Assembly (NCBI GenBank): GCA_044869275.1
Contig: JBIOXB010000076.1
Coordinates: 1-25,270 of the forward strand
Source: a bacterium
Lineage (GTDB): Bacteria > Zhuqueibacterota > Zhuqueibacteria > Zhuqueibacterales > Zhuqueibacteraceae
DNA: 25,270 nt
Direction of reading: 5' to 3'
Shown here: positions 17,329 to 25,261 of the stretch, one piece after another
How positions within the stretch are numbered: the first letter of the stretch is position 1
How the letters are laid out: the number at the start of each line of letters is the position of its first letter
The notes under the pieces: generated by a model
The model's input: only the letters and a program-made list of their open reading frames with translations
What the model was told of the DNA's origin: nothing
The model's database searches: none
Translations under genes and position numbers: made by a program

Positions 17329-18228
17329 CTACAATTTTTTGCGATACCTCCAAAATACACGCGCGATCCTGGCGCCGGCGTAATGCCAATAGAAGCCGTG
17401 GGGCCCGACCCAGGGGATGACCGCCAGGCGATGCCCTTGCGCTTTGAGATCGGCAAGGCAGCGCTGCAACAAAACACCGCCCAAGCCCTGGCTGCGGTGC
17501 GCCGGATCCGTCCCCATTGGACCGAACCAGCCCGTGTTGAGATTGTTGCTATCATACGCCGAGAACGCAATGATGCGATCCTGCTGCAGCGCGAGATGCA
17601 GGCTGATGGGATAATTCATCAGTGCGCGCTCGACTTCTGGAATCCACGCGTCCCAGTGTTGTTGCAGGAACCCGCACAAGTCATCGCGGTCGCCCATGAT
17701 GGCGCGGCGCATTTCAAAACCGCGGCGGCGCAGTTCGGCCTCTGTGCTTTGGGTGTCGAAGTCGCGCGCGTGCAGGTCGACTTCCATGTTTGCGGTATCG
17801 CCGAAGCGCTCATAGCCGCGGCGCTCGAAGAAAGCCAGCAATGCCGTATACCGCGGATCGATACCAGGCAGCAAATAGTTCGGCGCGCTGTCGAAGACGC
17901 GCATCAAATAAGCCCCTTGATTCTTGACCTCGGTTTCAACCGCCTCCACCAGCGCCGTGCCGATCCCCAGGCGGCGATAGGCCGGATCGACCGCCAGGAG
18001 TTTCACAAAACCGATCACGCCATGGGCGTCTTGCCGTTTGGTGCCGGAAACAAATCCGGCGATACGCTGGTCGCGTTCGGCGACCCAGTTGAGCTGGGGC
18101 TGGTAGGCCAAATCGTCAAATATTTTTTCATCCAACAATTCGGGAGTGAGCCGGTCGTGCACGGCGTTGCGATTCCACAGGGATAGAATCGTGGCGAGAT
18201 CGTGATCATGCAAAGGGCGCAGGTTCAT
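17329..18228 (-). CDS. Tandem-GNAT N-acetyltransferase
   Basis: Two acetyl-CoA-binding motifs: LAVDPAYRRLGIG and FGPMGTDPAHRSQGLG. The real start MNLRPL at 18228 overlaps the clpS stop (ATGA). Confidence 0.88.
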   Translation of the reverse strand: MNLRPLHDHDLATILSLWNRNAVHDRLTPELLDEKIFDDLAYQPQLNWVAERDQRIAGFVSGTKRQDAHGVIGFVKLLAVDPAYRRLGIGTALVEAVETEVKNQGAYLMRVFDSAPNYLLPGIDPRYTALLAFFERRGYERFGDTANMEVDLHARDFDTQSTEAELRRRGFEMRRAIMGDRDDLCGFLQQHWDAWIPEVERALMNYPISLHLALQQDRIIAFSAYDSNNLNTGWFGPMGTDPAHRSQGLGGVLLQRCLADLKAQGHRLAVIPWVGPHGFYWHYAGARIARVFWRYRKKL

Positions 18229-18563
18229 TCTTCTTGCTCCGCCGCAGGCTCGATATGGGCGCTCATCGACCCCTTGCAGTGCGGAATGCGCCAGTCCGCG
18301 CCGTAGGAATGAATCTGATCGCGCTTCAATTCCGCGCGCTCCAAAGTTGTGGTATCGACGATGACGCGGCCGTGCGCATCGACCTCGCACGCGAGCAAAA
18401 AAGCCTGCTCGCGGCCGTGGTTGAACAGCGTCACGAGCATTTCGATGACATAGTCATACGTGTGATCGTCGTCGTCCAACAACACCACGTGAAAACGAGG
18501 AATGGGGCGAGTACGCGTGTGTGCGCGCGTGCGAGGCGATTTGACCGGCGAGGCAACTTCCAT
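18225..18563 (-). CDS. clpS: ATP-dependent Clp protease adaptor ClpS (atypical pocket)
   Basis: FHVVLLDDDDHTYDYVIEML...EVDAHGRVIV...ERAELK...SAHIEPA matches the ClpS core. Confidence 0.9.
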   Translation of the reverse strand: MEVASPVKSPRTRAHTRTRPIPRFHVVLLDDDDHTYDYVIEMLVTLFNHGREQAFLLACEVDAHGRVIVDTTTLERAELKRDQIHSYGADWRIPHCKGSMSAHIEPAAEQEE

Positions 18564-18581
18564 GGCGTAATCATAATGAAC

Positions 18582-18616
18582 AAAAAAAGCATAATCCCAC
18601 CGTACGGAATTATGCT
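18582..18616 (-). terminator. Rho-independent terminator-like hairpin between the DUF151 gene and clpS
   Basis: Minus strand reads AGCATAATTCC-GTACGGT-GGGATTATGC followed by T7. Confidence 0.65.
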
Positions 18617-18640
18617 CATTTTTACCAAGGCAAAAATCAG

Positions 18641-19198
18641 CTAACGTTCGCTGCGGCGTTCTTTTTTGTAAGCGTTGATTTCGTCCCGCAGCCGGGCTGC
18701 TTCTTCATAGCGTTCTTCTTCCACCGCTTTCTGCAGCTCGAGGTTCAAACGTTCGAGGCGATCCACCGGCAGCGGCCGTTCTTCGCGCTCCGCATCGCGC
18801 TCGGAGACCGAAGCTTTGCGCATGACCTCTTCGGAAACGAAAATTGGCGCCTGCGTACGCAGCGCCAGGGCAATGGCATCGCTCGGCCGGGCATCGACTT
18901 CCACGCTGCGGCCATTGAGTTTGACCCCGATGACGGCGAAATAAGTGTTCTCGCGCAAATCACTCACCACGATGCGCGAAATCCGCGCTTCAATCGAATC
19001 CAGCAAGCTCTTCATCAAATCGTGCGTGAGCGGGCGCGGCGGAATAATGTTTTCCATTTGCAGAGCGATCGCTTGCGCTTCGGACGAGCCGACCACGATG
19101 GGCAGCCAGCGATTGTGCACGTCGTCGCGCAAGATCACCACGAAGCGGTTTGCCGTCGTATCCAGCGTGACGCGATCGACGCGGACAGAAATCAGCAT
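18641..19198 (-). CDS. Bifunctional nuclease family protein (DUF151) with C-terminal UVR domain
   Basis: LPIVVGSSEAQAIA, RPLTHDL and DARPSDAIALALR motifs. The C-terminal LQKAVEEERYEEAARLRDEI is a UVR coiled coil. Confidence 0.93.
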   Translation of the reverse strand: MLISVRVDRVTLDTTANRFVVILRDDVHNRWLPIVVGSSEAQAIALQMENIIPPRPLTHDLMKSLLDSIEARISRIVVSDLRENTYFAVIGVKLNGRSVEVDARPSDAIALALRTQAPIFVSEEVMRKASVSERDAEREERPLPVDRLERLNLELQKAVEEERYEEAARLRDEINAYKKERRSER

Positions 19199-19285
19199 GT
19201 GCAACCTTCCGAACTGGGCATTGAAGAAGAAATCTCCTGAGGAATGGCCTTGAGAGCGGCAATACCTGTTTACAATCCGCGGGCA

Positions 19286-19314
19286 ATATTAAAGATTATC
19301 TGTAAAACAGTCAA
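19286..19314 (-). promoter_or_regulatory. Sigma70-type promoter for the DUF151 gene
   Basis: Minus strand reads TTGACT-17 nt-TAATAT. Confidence 0.6.
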
Positions 19315-19437
19315 GCAAAATTCCAGTGGAAATTGCCCGCGCTCATGAGTACATGCATACACGCACAAATCCGGAGGGCCTCGCGAAAATCGCTTACCCT
19401 CGTCGGGTTCATCCGGGCCGCGCCTCCGAGTTTCCTG

Positions 19438-19466
19438 TTGATTTTCGCGAGCGAATGCTTTACTTT
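19438..19466 (+). promoter_or_regulatory. Sigma70-type promoter for the envC-like gene and holB
   Basis: TTGATT-17 nt-TACTTT, ending 5 nt before ATG 19472. Confidence 0.5.
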
Positions 19467-19471
19467 TTGCC

Positions 19472-20782
19472 ATGCCGGTATTTGACGTTGGCGGTGTTCG
19501 CACACCCGTGTTTCTTTTCTTTATTAGTATTTTAACGCTGGCCTTTTTCTTCGCGCTGCCCGCGCGTTCGCAAGAACAACAGCAATTCGATGATTTGCGG
19601 CGCAACATCGAGCGTTTGCAATCAGAGATTTCCAATTTCGAAAAAAACGAGAAAGCCACTCTGGATTATCTGCGCAGCCTGGATCACGAAGTGGATCTCA
19701 CCCGCCGCTTGGTCGGCGAGTTGCGCAAGAAGGAAGCCGAGAAGCGCACCGAGATTGGAAAAATCTCTCAAGGCTTGCAGCAATCGGAAATCGAATTGGC
19801 GCGTTTGCAGGAAATGGCGAAGCGCCGCGCGGTGTTTTTCTATAAATATGGCCGCATTCCCGACGTCGAAATGCTGCTCACTTCACGCTCGCTGAACCAG
19901 GTGCTGCTCTGGGCGGAATATCAGCGGCGCATTTCGGAGAATGACCGCCGCCTCATGGCCGGGTTGAGCGCCAAGCAGAAGCAGATTCGCGTGCAGAAGG
20001 ACAAACTCTTGCCGGAACTGGAAATTCAAGCGAAGCTGCTCGGGGAAAAGTTGAAGCAGGAAGAAGCGTTGCGCGATCGCAAAAAGGAGCGCCAGCAGGT
20101 TCTAAACTCGATTCGCAAAGACAAGTCCTTTTACCAAGCGCAATTCAACGAAAAGAAACAGGCGGCCGACGCGATCGCACGTTTGATTGCGGCCGATGCT
20201 CCGCGCGAAAACCCTGGCAGAGCGGAAACAAATGCCGCGGCACGCGAACCTGCCGCGGGCAAAAATGCCAGTGCCGCCGCCAGCCCGCGCCCCGAGACCG
20301 CACTGGCATCTAATGCCAGCCCGCCGCCCGATCTCGTTCCGCCCCGGCTGCCGAATTACGATGGCTCTTTTACGAATTTGAAGCGCAAGCTGCCGTGGCC
20401 AGTGGCGGGCAAAGTGCTCTCGCCCTACGGCACCTATCGCCATCCCGTGTTGAAAACCATCACGACGAATCTGGGCATCGACATTGCGACGCAACCGGGT
20501 GCCACCGTGCGCACCGTGGCGCCGGGCCGCGTGATGACGATCACCTGGCAACGCGGCTATGGCAATGTCGTGATCGTCAATCATGCCGACGGCTTTTATA
20601 CGGTTTATACGCATCTCGGCGATATTTTGATCTCACCCAACCAGGAAGTCGAGGGCGGTGAAGCGATCGGCAGAATTTCGGAAGACGGCAGCGTGGAACA
20701 AGCGGTTTTGCATTTTCAAATTTGGCAGCGCAGCAAAGACCGCCGCTCGCAGGATCTCAATCCGCAAGAATGGCTGCAATGA
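19472..20782 (+). CDS. envC: EnvC-like murein hydrolase activator (coiled coil plus degenerate M23/LytM domain)
   Basis: Signal peptide, long coiled coil, then LPWPVAG, NLGIDI, GYGNVVIVNH, YTHL and LHFQI. Zn ligands are partly lost. Start may be GTG 19508. Confidence 0.82.
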   Translation: MPVFDVGGVRTPVFLFFISILTLAFFFALPARSQEQQQFDDLRRNIERLQSEISNFEKNEKATLDYLRSLDHEVDLTRRLVGELRKKEAEKRTEIGKISQGLQQSEIELARLQEMAKRRAVFFYKYGRIPDVEMLLTSRSLNQVLLWAEYQRRISENDRRLMAGLSAKQKQIRVQKDKLLPELEIQAKLLGEKLKQEEALRDRKKERQQVLNSIRKDKSFYQAQFNEKKQAADAIARLIAADAPRENPGRAETNAAAREPAAGKNASAAASPRPETALASNASPPPDLVPPRLPNYDGSFTNLKRKLPWPVAGKVLSPYGTYRHPVLKTITTNLGIDIATQPGATVRTVAPGRVMTITWQRGYGNVVIVNHADGFYTVYTHLGDILISPNQEVEGGEAIGRISEDGSVEQAVLHFQIWQRSKDRRSQDLNPQEWLQ

Positions 20783-21936
20783 AGCTGAGCGAATCCAAAA
20801 TCATTCAGCACTCCCGCGCCCGTGCGGTGTTGCAGCGCGCGCTTCGCCACCAGCGCCTGGCGCATGCGTTTTTCCTTTTCGGTCCGGACGGCTCCGGCAA
20901 AGAGGCGCTGGCCCTGGCGATGGCGCAAACCTTGTTGTGCGCCAAGCGCGACGAGGCCACGGCTCCGCCAACCGCGGACTTGTTCGGCGGTTCCGCGGTG
21001 CGGGTTGCGCGCGACTGGGCCTGCGGCGAATGCAGCAGCTGCAAGCGCGTGGCGGAGGCGGCGCATCCGGATTTGCACATCGTGCTGCCGCGGCCGGCCT
21101 CGGCGGCGGAGCTGGATCGCCTGGAGGTTCTGCAAAGTTTCGCCGCGCAGCCCTTCAATCGCCTGCGCCCGTGGGAAAATCCGTTTATTTTGATCGACGA
21201 CGTGCGCGAGCTCAAAAAGAGTTTTGCCGTGTCGAGTTATGAAGGTCATGGCGCTGTGGCGCTGATTCTCGAAGCGCAACGCTTGAAAGCCGAATCCGCC
21301 AACGCGCTGCTCAAGATTCTGGAGGAGCCGCCGGCAGACAAGTATTTCATTTTGACGGCGGTTTCGGAAGAAAGCGTGTTGCCGACCATCGTTTCGCGCT
21401 GCCAGCCGATCGCAGTGTCGCCGCTCTCGCGTGCGGTCATTGCAGAGTTTTTGCAGCAACACCAAAACCTGCCGGCGGAACGCGCGGATTTCGCCGCGAT
21501 GATCGCCAACGGCAATCTGCGTCACGCGTTCGAATTGCTGGCCGAAGAATGCGAGATCATGCGCAAGGCCGCGGTGGAGTACTTGCGCATGGCGTTCAAA
21601 TTCAACAAACCGGTGGAGCAGGTGGAATTCCTGAATCGCCTCACGCACGACTACGACCGTCGTGAGCTGCAGCAGCTCTTGCAGTTTTGTTTGTTGTGGA
21701 TTCGTGACGCCTACGTTTTGAAAGCGAACCCTGCGGCCGCAGAGCAAAACCTCGTCAATGCGGATTTTCGACAAGCATTGCTGGAGCTGATCAAGAATCT
21801 GCCGCAATTTGATTTTGACGGTGTGCTGGAGGAAATCGAATACGCCATTCACTGCCTGGAACGATACGTGCAGCCCTGGCTGGTGTTGATGGTGCTGCTG
21901 CAGCGCATTCGACAGTTGGCGAGAGCGAGGCGCTGA
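20779..21936 (+). CDS. holB: DNA polymerase III subunit delta'
   Basis: RLAHAFFLFGPDGSGK, C...CGECSSC, HPD, ANALLKILEEPP and LPTIVSRC motifs. ATGA overlap with the upstream stop. Confidence 0.93.
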   Translation: MKLSESKIIQHSRARAVLQRALRHQRLAHAFFLFGPDGSGKEALALAMAQTLLCAKRDEATAPPTADLFGGSAVRVARDWACGECSSCKRVAEAAHPDLHIVLPRPASAAELDRLEVLQSFAAQPFNRLRPWENPFILIDDVRELKKSFAVSSYEGHGAVALILEAQRLKAESANALLKILEEPPADKYFILTAVSEESVLPTIVSRCQPIAVSPLSRAVIAEFLQQHQNLPAERADFAAMIANGNLRHAFELLAEECEIMRKAAVEYLRMAFKFNKPVEQVEFLNRLTHDYDRRELQQLLQFCLLWIRDAYVLKANPAAAEQNLVNADFRQALLELIKNLPQFDFDGVLEEIEYAIHCLERYVQPWLVLMVLLQRIRQLARARR

Positions 21937-22039
21937 GACGGCGCCACTTTTTACGCATGACGAAGGGCCGGCCACGCCGAGCAACATGCGTGATTCGTAA
22001 GCAACGCGCAGTTCAATCCGTTCAAAGCATGGAGATCAC

Positions 22040-22900
22040 GTGCAAAATCTCATACAAGTCAAATTCAAAGGCGAGCGTAAAAGCTACTATGCCAATCCGC
22101 TGCATTTTCCGTTTCGCGTGAAGGACTTCGCCATCGTCGAGGCGGAAAAAGGCGAAGATCTCGGCGTGGTGAATCTCATCGACGTGCAACCGCCGGCAGT
22201 GAAGCTCGAACCCAACGAGCCGCTGCGCAAGGTTCTGCGCATGCCCACGGACGCTGATTTGGTGAAATATCAGGCGAACCGCGCCTCGGAGCTGCGCGCG
22301 CGCGAAGCCTGCCGGCAGAAAATTGTCGTGCACAATTTGGACATGAAACTGGTCGATTGCGAGTACCAGTTTGACGGCAACAAGGTCACATTCTTCTTCA
22401 CCGCGGAGAAACGCGTCGATTTTCGCGAGCTGGTGAAAGATTTGGCGGCGGAATATCACACGCGCATTGAGCTGCGGCAAATCGGCGTGCGCGACGAGGC
22501 CAAGCGCCTGGGCGGCTACGGCGTGTGCGGTCGCGAGCTGTGCTGCTCGAGTTGGATCGGCGAATTTGCGCCGATCACCACACAAGCGGCGAAAGAGCAG
22601 AACCTGCCGCTCAATCCCAACAAGCTCGCGGGCGTGTGCGGCCGCCTGAAATGCTGTCTGATGTACGAGCGTGATTTTTACAATCACGCGATCGCGCAAT
22701 TTCCGCATCTCGCCAAGCCCATCAAAACCGAAAAGGGCGAAGGCACGATTCTAAAGATCGATATCTTCCGCGATACGCTCACGGTGAAATATGCCAGTGG
22801 CGAAACCGAAGTGCTGGCGCTCGCGGCGGTGAAAGAGAAAATCTACAAATGTGAGAATGATTGCGGGCACGGGCATGGGAATTTGGAGGAATTGCACTAA
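22040..22900 (+). CDS. ricT: PSP1-domain protein RicT/YaaT (Fe-S regulatory complex subunit)
   Basis: MKLVDCEYQFD, RVDFRELVKDLA, RIELRQIGVRDEAK, GVCGRELCC and KLAGVCGRLKCCLMYE motifs. GTG start after GGAG. Classic position after holB. Confidence 0.92.
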   Translation: MQNLIQVKFKGERKSYYANPLHFPFRVKDFAIVEAEKGEDLGVVNLIDVQPPAVKLEPNEPLRKVLRMPTDADLVKYQANRASELRAREACRQKIVVHNLDMKLVDCEYQFDGNKVTFFFTAEKRVDFRELVKDLAAEYHTRIELRQIGVRDEAKRLGGYGVCGRELCCSSWIGEFAPITTQAAKEQNLPLNPNKLAGVCGRLKCCLMYERDFYNHAIAQFPHLAKPIKTEKGEGTILKIDIFRDTLTVKYASGETEVLALAAVKEKIYKCENDCGHGHGNLEELH

Positions 22901-22968
22901 CTTCATGGTTTTTTGAAGCGTCTTTTTATGAAAAGCTGGTCTTCACATTCTTGCCGGCATGGGATTGA

Positions 22969-23108
22969 GCTCCGGCCGAATGGATCGACTTCAGAATCAG
23001 GAGGCAAAAATGACCAGCCAGGAAAAATTTGTTGAGCAAAAAGTGACCTATACGTTGTTTAAAGATGGGAAATTCTACCTTCAACTCTCGGTTCTGGCTT
23101 GTAACTAG
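22969..23108 (+). pseudogene. Remnant of a DUF4258 toxin / YgiT-type (MqsA-like) antitoxin pair
   Basis: APAEWIDFRIRRQK* overlaps (ATGA at 23010-23013) a 32-codon ORF MTSQEKFVEQKVTYTLFKDGKFYL... with an AGGAGG RBS. These resemble a DUF4258 C-terminus and a YgiT-type N-terminus as recalled. Confidence 0.6.
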
Positions 23109-23173
23109 TCCTATATCACAATACGACCTATCTGATAATTGTCGTGACTTCATTTTAGAGGACAACATCCGCT

Positions 23174-25261
23174 TTGACTTCCCCCGAAAAAATTCTCGTC
23201 ACCAGCGCCCTGCCCTATGCCAACGGCCCGGTGCATCTCGGCCATTTGGCCGGCGCGTATCTGCCGGCGGATATTTATGTGCGCTATCAACGCCTGCAAC
23301 AACGCGACGTGCTGTTTGTGTGCGGCACCGATGAGCACGGTGTGGCGATCACGATTGCGGCTGAAAAACAAGGCAAAACCCCAAGAGCATTCGCCGATTA
23401 TTACTACGAAGTGATTCGCAAAGCTTTCGCCTCCGCCGGCATTCATTTCGACATTTTTTCACGCACCACCACGCCGGTACATTATCCGCAATCGCAAGAG
23501 TTTTTTCTGACCATGTATAAAAAAGGCCTGCTGGTCGAAAAAACCATCAAGCAGTTTTATTGCGTGAACGATCAGCGCTTTCTCGCCGATCGCTACGTCG
23601 AAGGCACGTGCCCGCATTGCGGCGCCCCGGGCGCGCGCGGCGATCAATGCGAGACCTGCGGCAAATGGATCGATCAAATTACGCTCAAAGACCCGAAGTG
23701 CATGGTCTGCGGCACGCCGCCCGAGATTCGCGAGACCAAGCATCTGTTCATTCCGCTCGGGCGTTTTCAAGAACAAATCAAAAACTGGCTCGACACGAAA
23801 ACGCATTGGCGCGACAACGTGCGAAATTTCTGTTACGGCTGGATCAAAGAAGGTTTGGAAGACCGCGCCATCACGCGCGACCTGGCTTGGGGTGTGCCGG
23901 TGCCGCTGCCGGGCTATGAAAACAAAGTGCTGTATGTTTGGTTCGATGCGCCCATCGGTTACATTTCTGCGACGCGGGTGTGGGCACAGCAAGTGGGCCG
24001 CCCCGAAGCGTGGAAGGATTATTGGATGAACCCCGGCACCAAGTTGGTGCATTTCATCGGCAAAGACAACATCGTGTTTCACGCTATTGTGTGGCCGGCC
24101 ATGCTGATGGCGCAGGACGGCTACGTGTTGCCGGCCGACATTCCCGCCAACGAGTTTTTGAATTTGGAAGGAAAGAAGTTTTCCACCAGCCGCAATTTCG
24201 CGGTGTGGCTGCATGAATATTTGGAGAGATTTCCGCCGGATCCGCTGCGTTACGCCCTGGCTGTCAACATGCCAGAAAACAAAGACGCGGATTTTTCCTG
24301 GAAGGAATTCCAAACCCGCAACAACAGCGAGCTTGCGGATATTTTGGGCAACTTCGTCAACCGCACGCTCACCTTCGTGCAGAAAAATTTCGGCAACGTT
24401 GTGCCTGAAGCCGGCAGCTTGAATGACGCCGACCGCGCCATGCTCGCCGCGCTGCAATCCTGGCCGCACCAAATGGCGGAGGCTTACGAGAATTACGAAT
24501 TCCGCCGCGCGACGAAACTGTTGCTGGATCTGGCCCGCGACGCGAACAAGTATTTCAACGACGAACAGCCCTGGCGTACATTGAAAAGCGAGCGTGCACG
24601 CTGCGCGGCGACGATGAATACCTGCTTGCGCGTTTGCAAAGCGCTGGCGGTGCTGATGAGCCCGACGCTGCCGTTCACCGCCGAACGGTTGATCAAGATA
24701 CTCAATCTCTTGAGCGAGCATAAACCGATCCATTGGCTGAGAACTCCCGCCGAACCGTTCAATGCCGGCCACCAGTTGGGCGAACCGGAAATTTTGTTCA
24801 CGAAAATCGAAGACGAGCACATTGCTCCTGAACTGGAAAAACTAGAGAAAGCCTTGCGTGCTATGAATCCTGAGACAGCCCCTGCACCTGCCACGCCCGT
24901 GGCGGAAGTGAAAACCGCCGCCGGAGCACAAAAACCGCTGATCAGTTATGAAACTTTTCAACAAATGGATTTTCGCGTGGCGGAGGTCTTATCTGCTGAA
25001 AAAGTGGAAAAGGCGGACAAGCTGCTGAAACTCAAAATTCGTGTGGGCGGAGAAGAGCGCCAGCTCGTGGCTGGCATCGCCAAGCACTACGCGCCTGAGA
25101 CTTTAGTGGGCAAGAAAGTCGTCATCGTTGCCAATTTAGAGCCCGCCAAGATTCGCGGCATTGAATCGCAGGGCATGATTCTCGCGGCCTCAACGGACGA
25201 CGGGGTACTCAGCATCATTTCGCCGGAGCGCGAGATTGCCAGCGGCGCGGTAGTGAAGTGA
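23174..25261 (+). CDS. metG: Methionyl-tRNA synthetase with C-terminal tRNA-binding domain
   Basis: TSALPYANGPVHLGH (HIGH), GTDEHG, CPHC...DQCETC, YVWFDAPIGY, KFSTSR (KMSKS) and C-terminal NLEPAKIRGIESQGMILAA. TTG start. Confidence 0.97.
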   Translation: MTSPEKILVTSALPYANGPVHLGHLAGAYLPADIYVRYQRLQQRDVLFVCGTDEHGVAITIAAEKQGKTPRAFADYYYEVIRKAFASAGIHFDIFSRTTTPVHYPQSQEFFLTMYKKGLLVEKTIKQFYCVNDQRFLADRYVEGTCPHCGAPGARGDQCETCGKWIDQITLKDPKCMVCGTPPEIRETKHLFIPLGRFQEQIKNWLDTKTHWRDNVRNFCYGWIKEGLEDRAITRDLAWGVPVPLPGYENKVLYVWFDAPIGYISATRVWAQQVGRPEAWKDYWMNPGTKLVHFIGKDNIVFHAIVWPAMLMAQDGYVLPADIPANEFLNLEGKKFSTSRNFAVWLHEYLERFPPDPLRYALAVNMPENKDADFSWKEFQTRNNSELADILGNFVNRTLTFVQKNFGNVVPEAGSLNDADRAMLAALQSWPHQMAEAYENYEFRRATKLLLDLARDANKYFNDEQPWRTLKSERARCAATMNTCLRVCKALAVLMSPTLPFTAERLIKILNLLSEHKPIHWLRTPAEPFNAGHQLGEPEILFTKIEDEHIAPELEKLEKALRAMNPETAPAPATPVAEVKTAAGAQKPLISYETFQQMDFRVAEVLSAEKVEKADKLLKLKIRVGGEERQLVAGIAKHYAPETLVGKKVVIVANLEPAKIRGIESQGMILAASTDDGVLSIISPEREIASGAVVK

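Noticed and set aside
17140..18186. 348-aa plus-strand ORF as a possible transposase for the MITE
   Set aside because: Antisense shadow of the GNAT gene with no DDE or HUH motif.
18229..18390. N-terminal extension of the GNAT ORF
   Set aside because: It overlaps clpS out of frame. The ATGA-coupled start at 18228 fits better.
20716..21987. 423-aa minus-strand ORF
   Set aside because: Antisense shadow of holB.
22926..23168. 80-aa minus-strand ORF in the ricT-metG gap
   Set aside because: No motif or clear RBS. The plus-strand TA remnant explains the region better.
22901..23173. Possible T-box or SAM riboswitch ahead of metG
   Set aside because: No T-box consensus, SAM-I core or terminator hairpin is visible.
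23459..24820. 453-aa minus-strand ORF
   Set aside because: Antisense shadow of metG.
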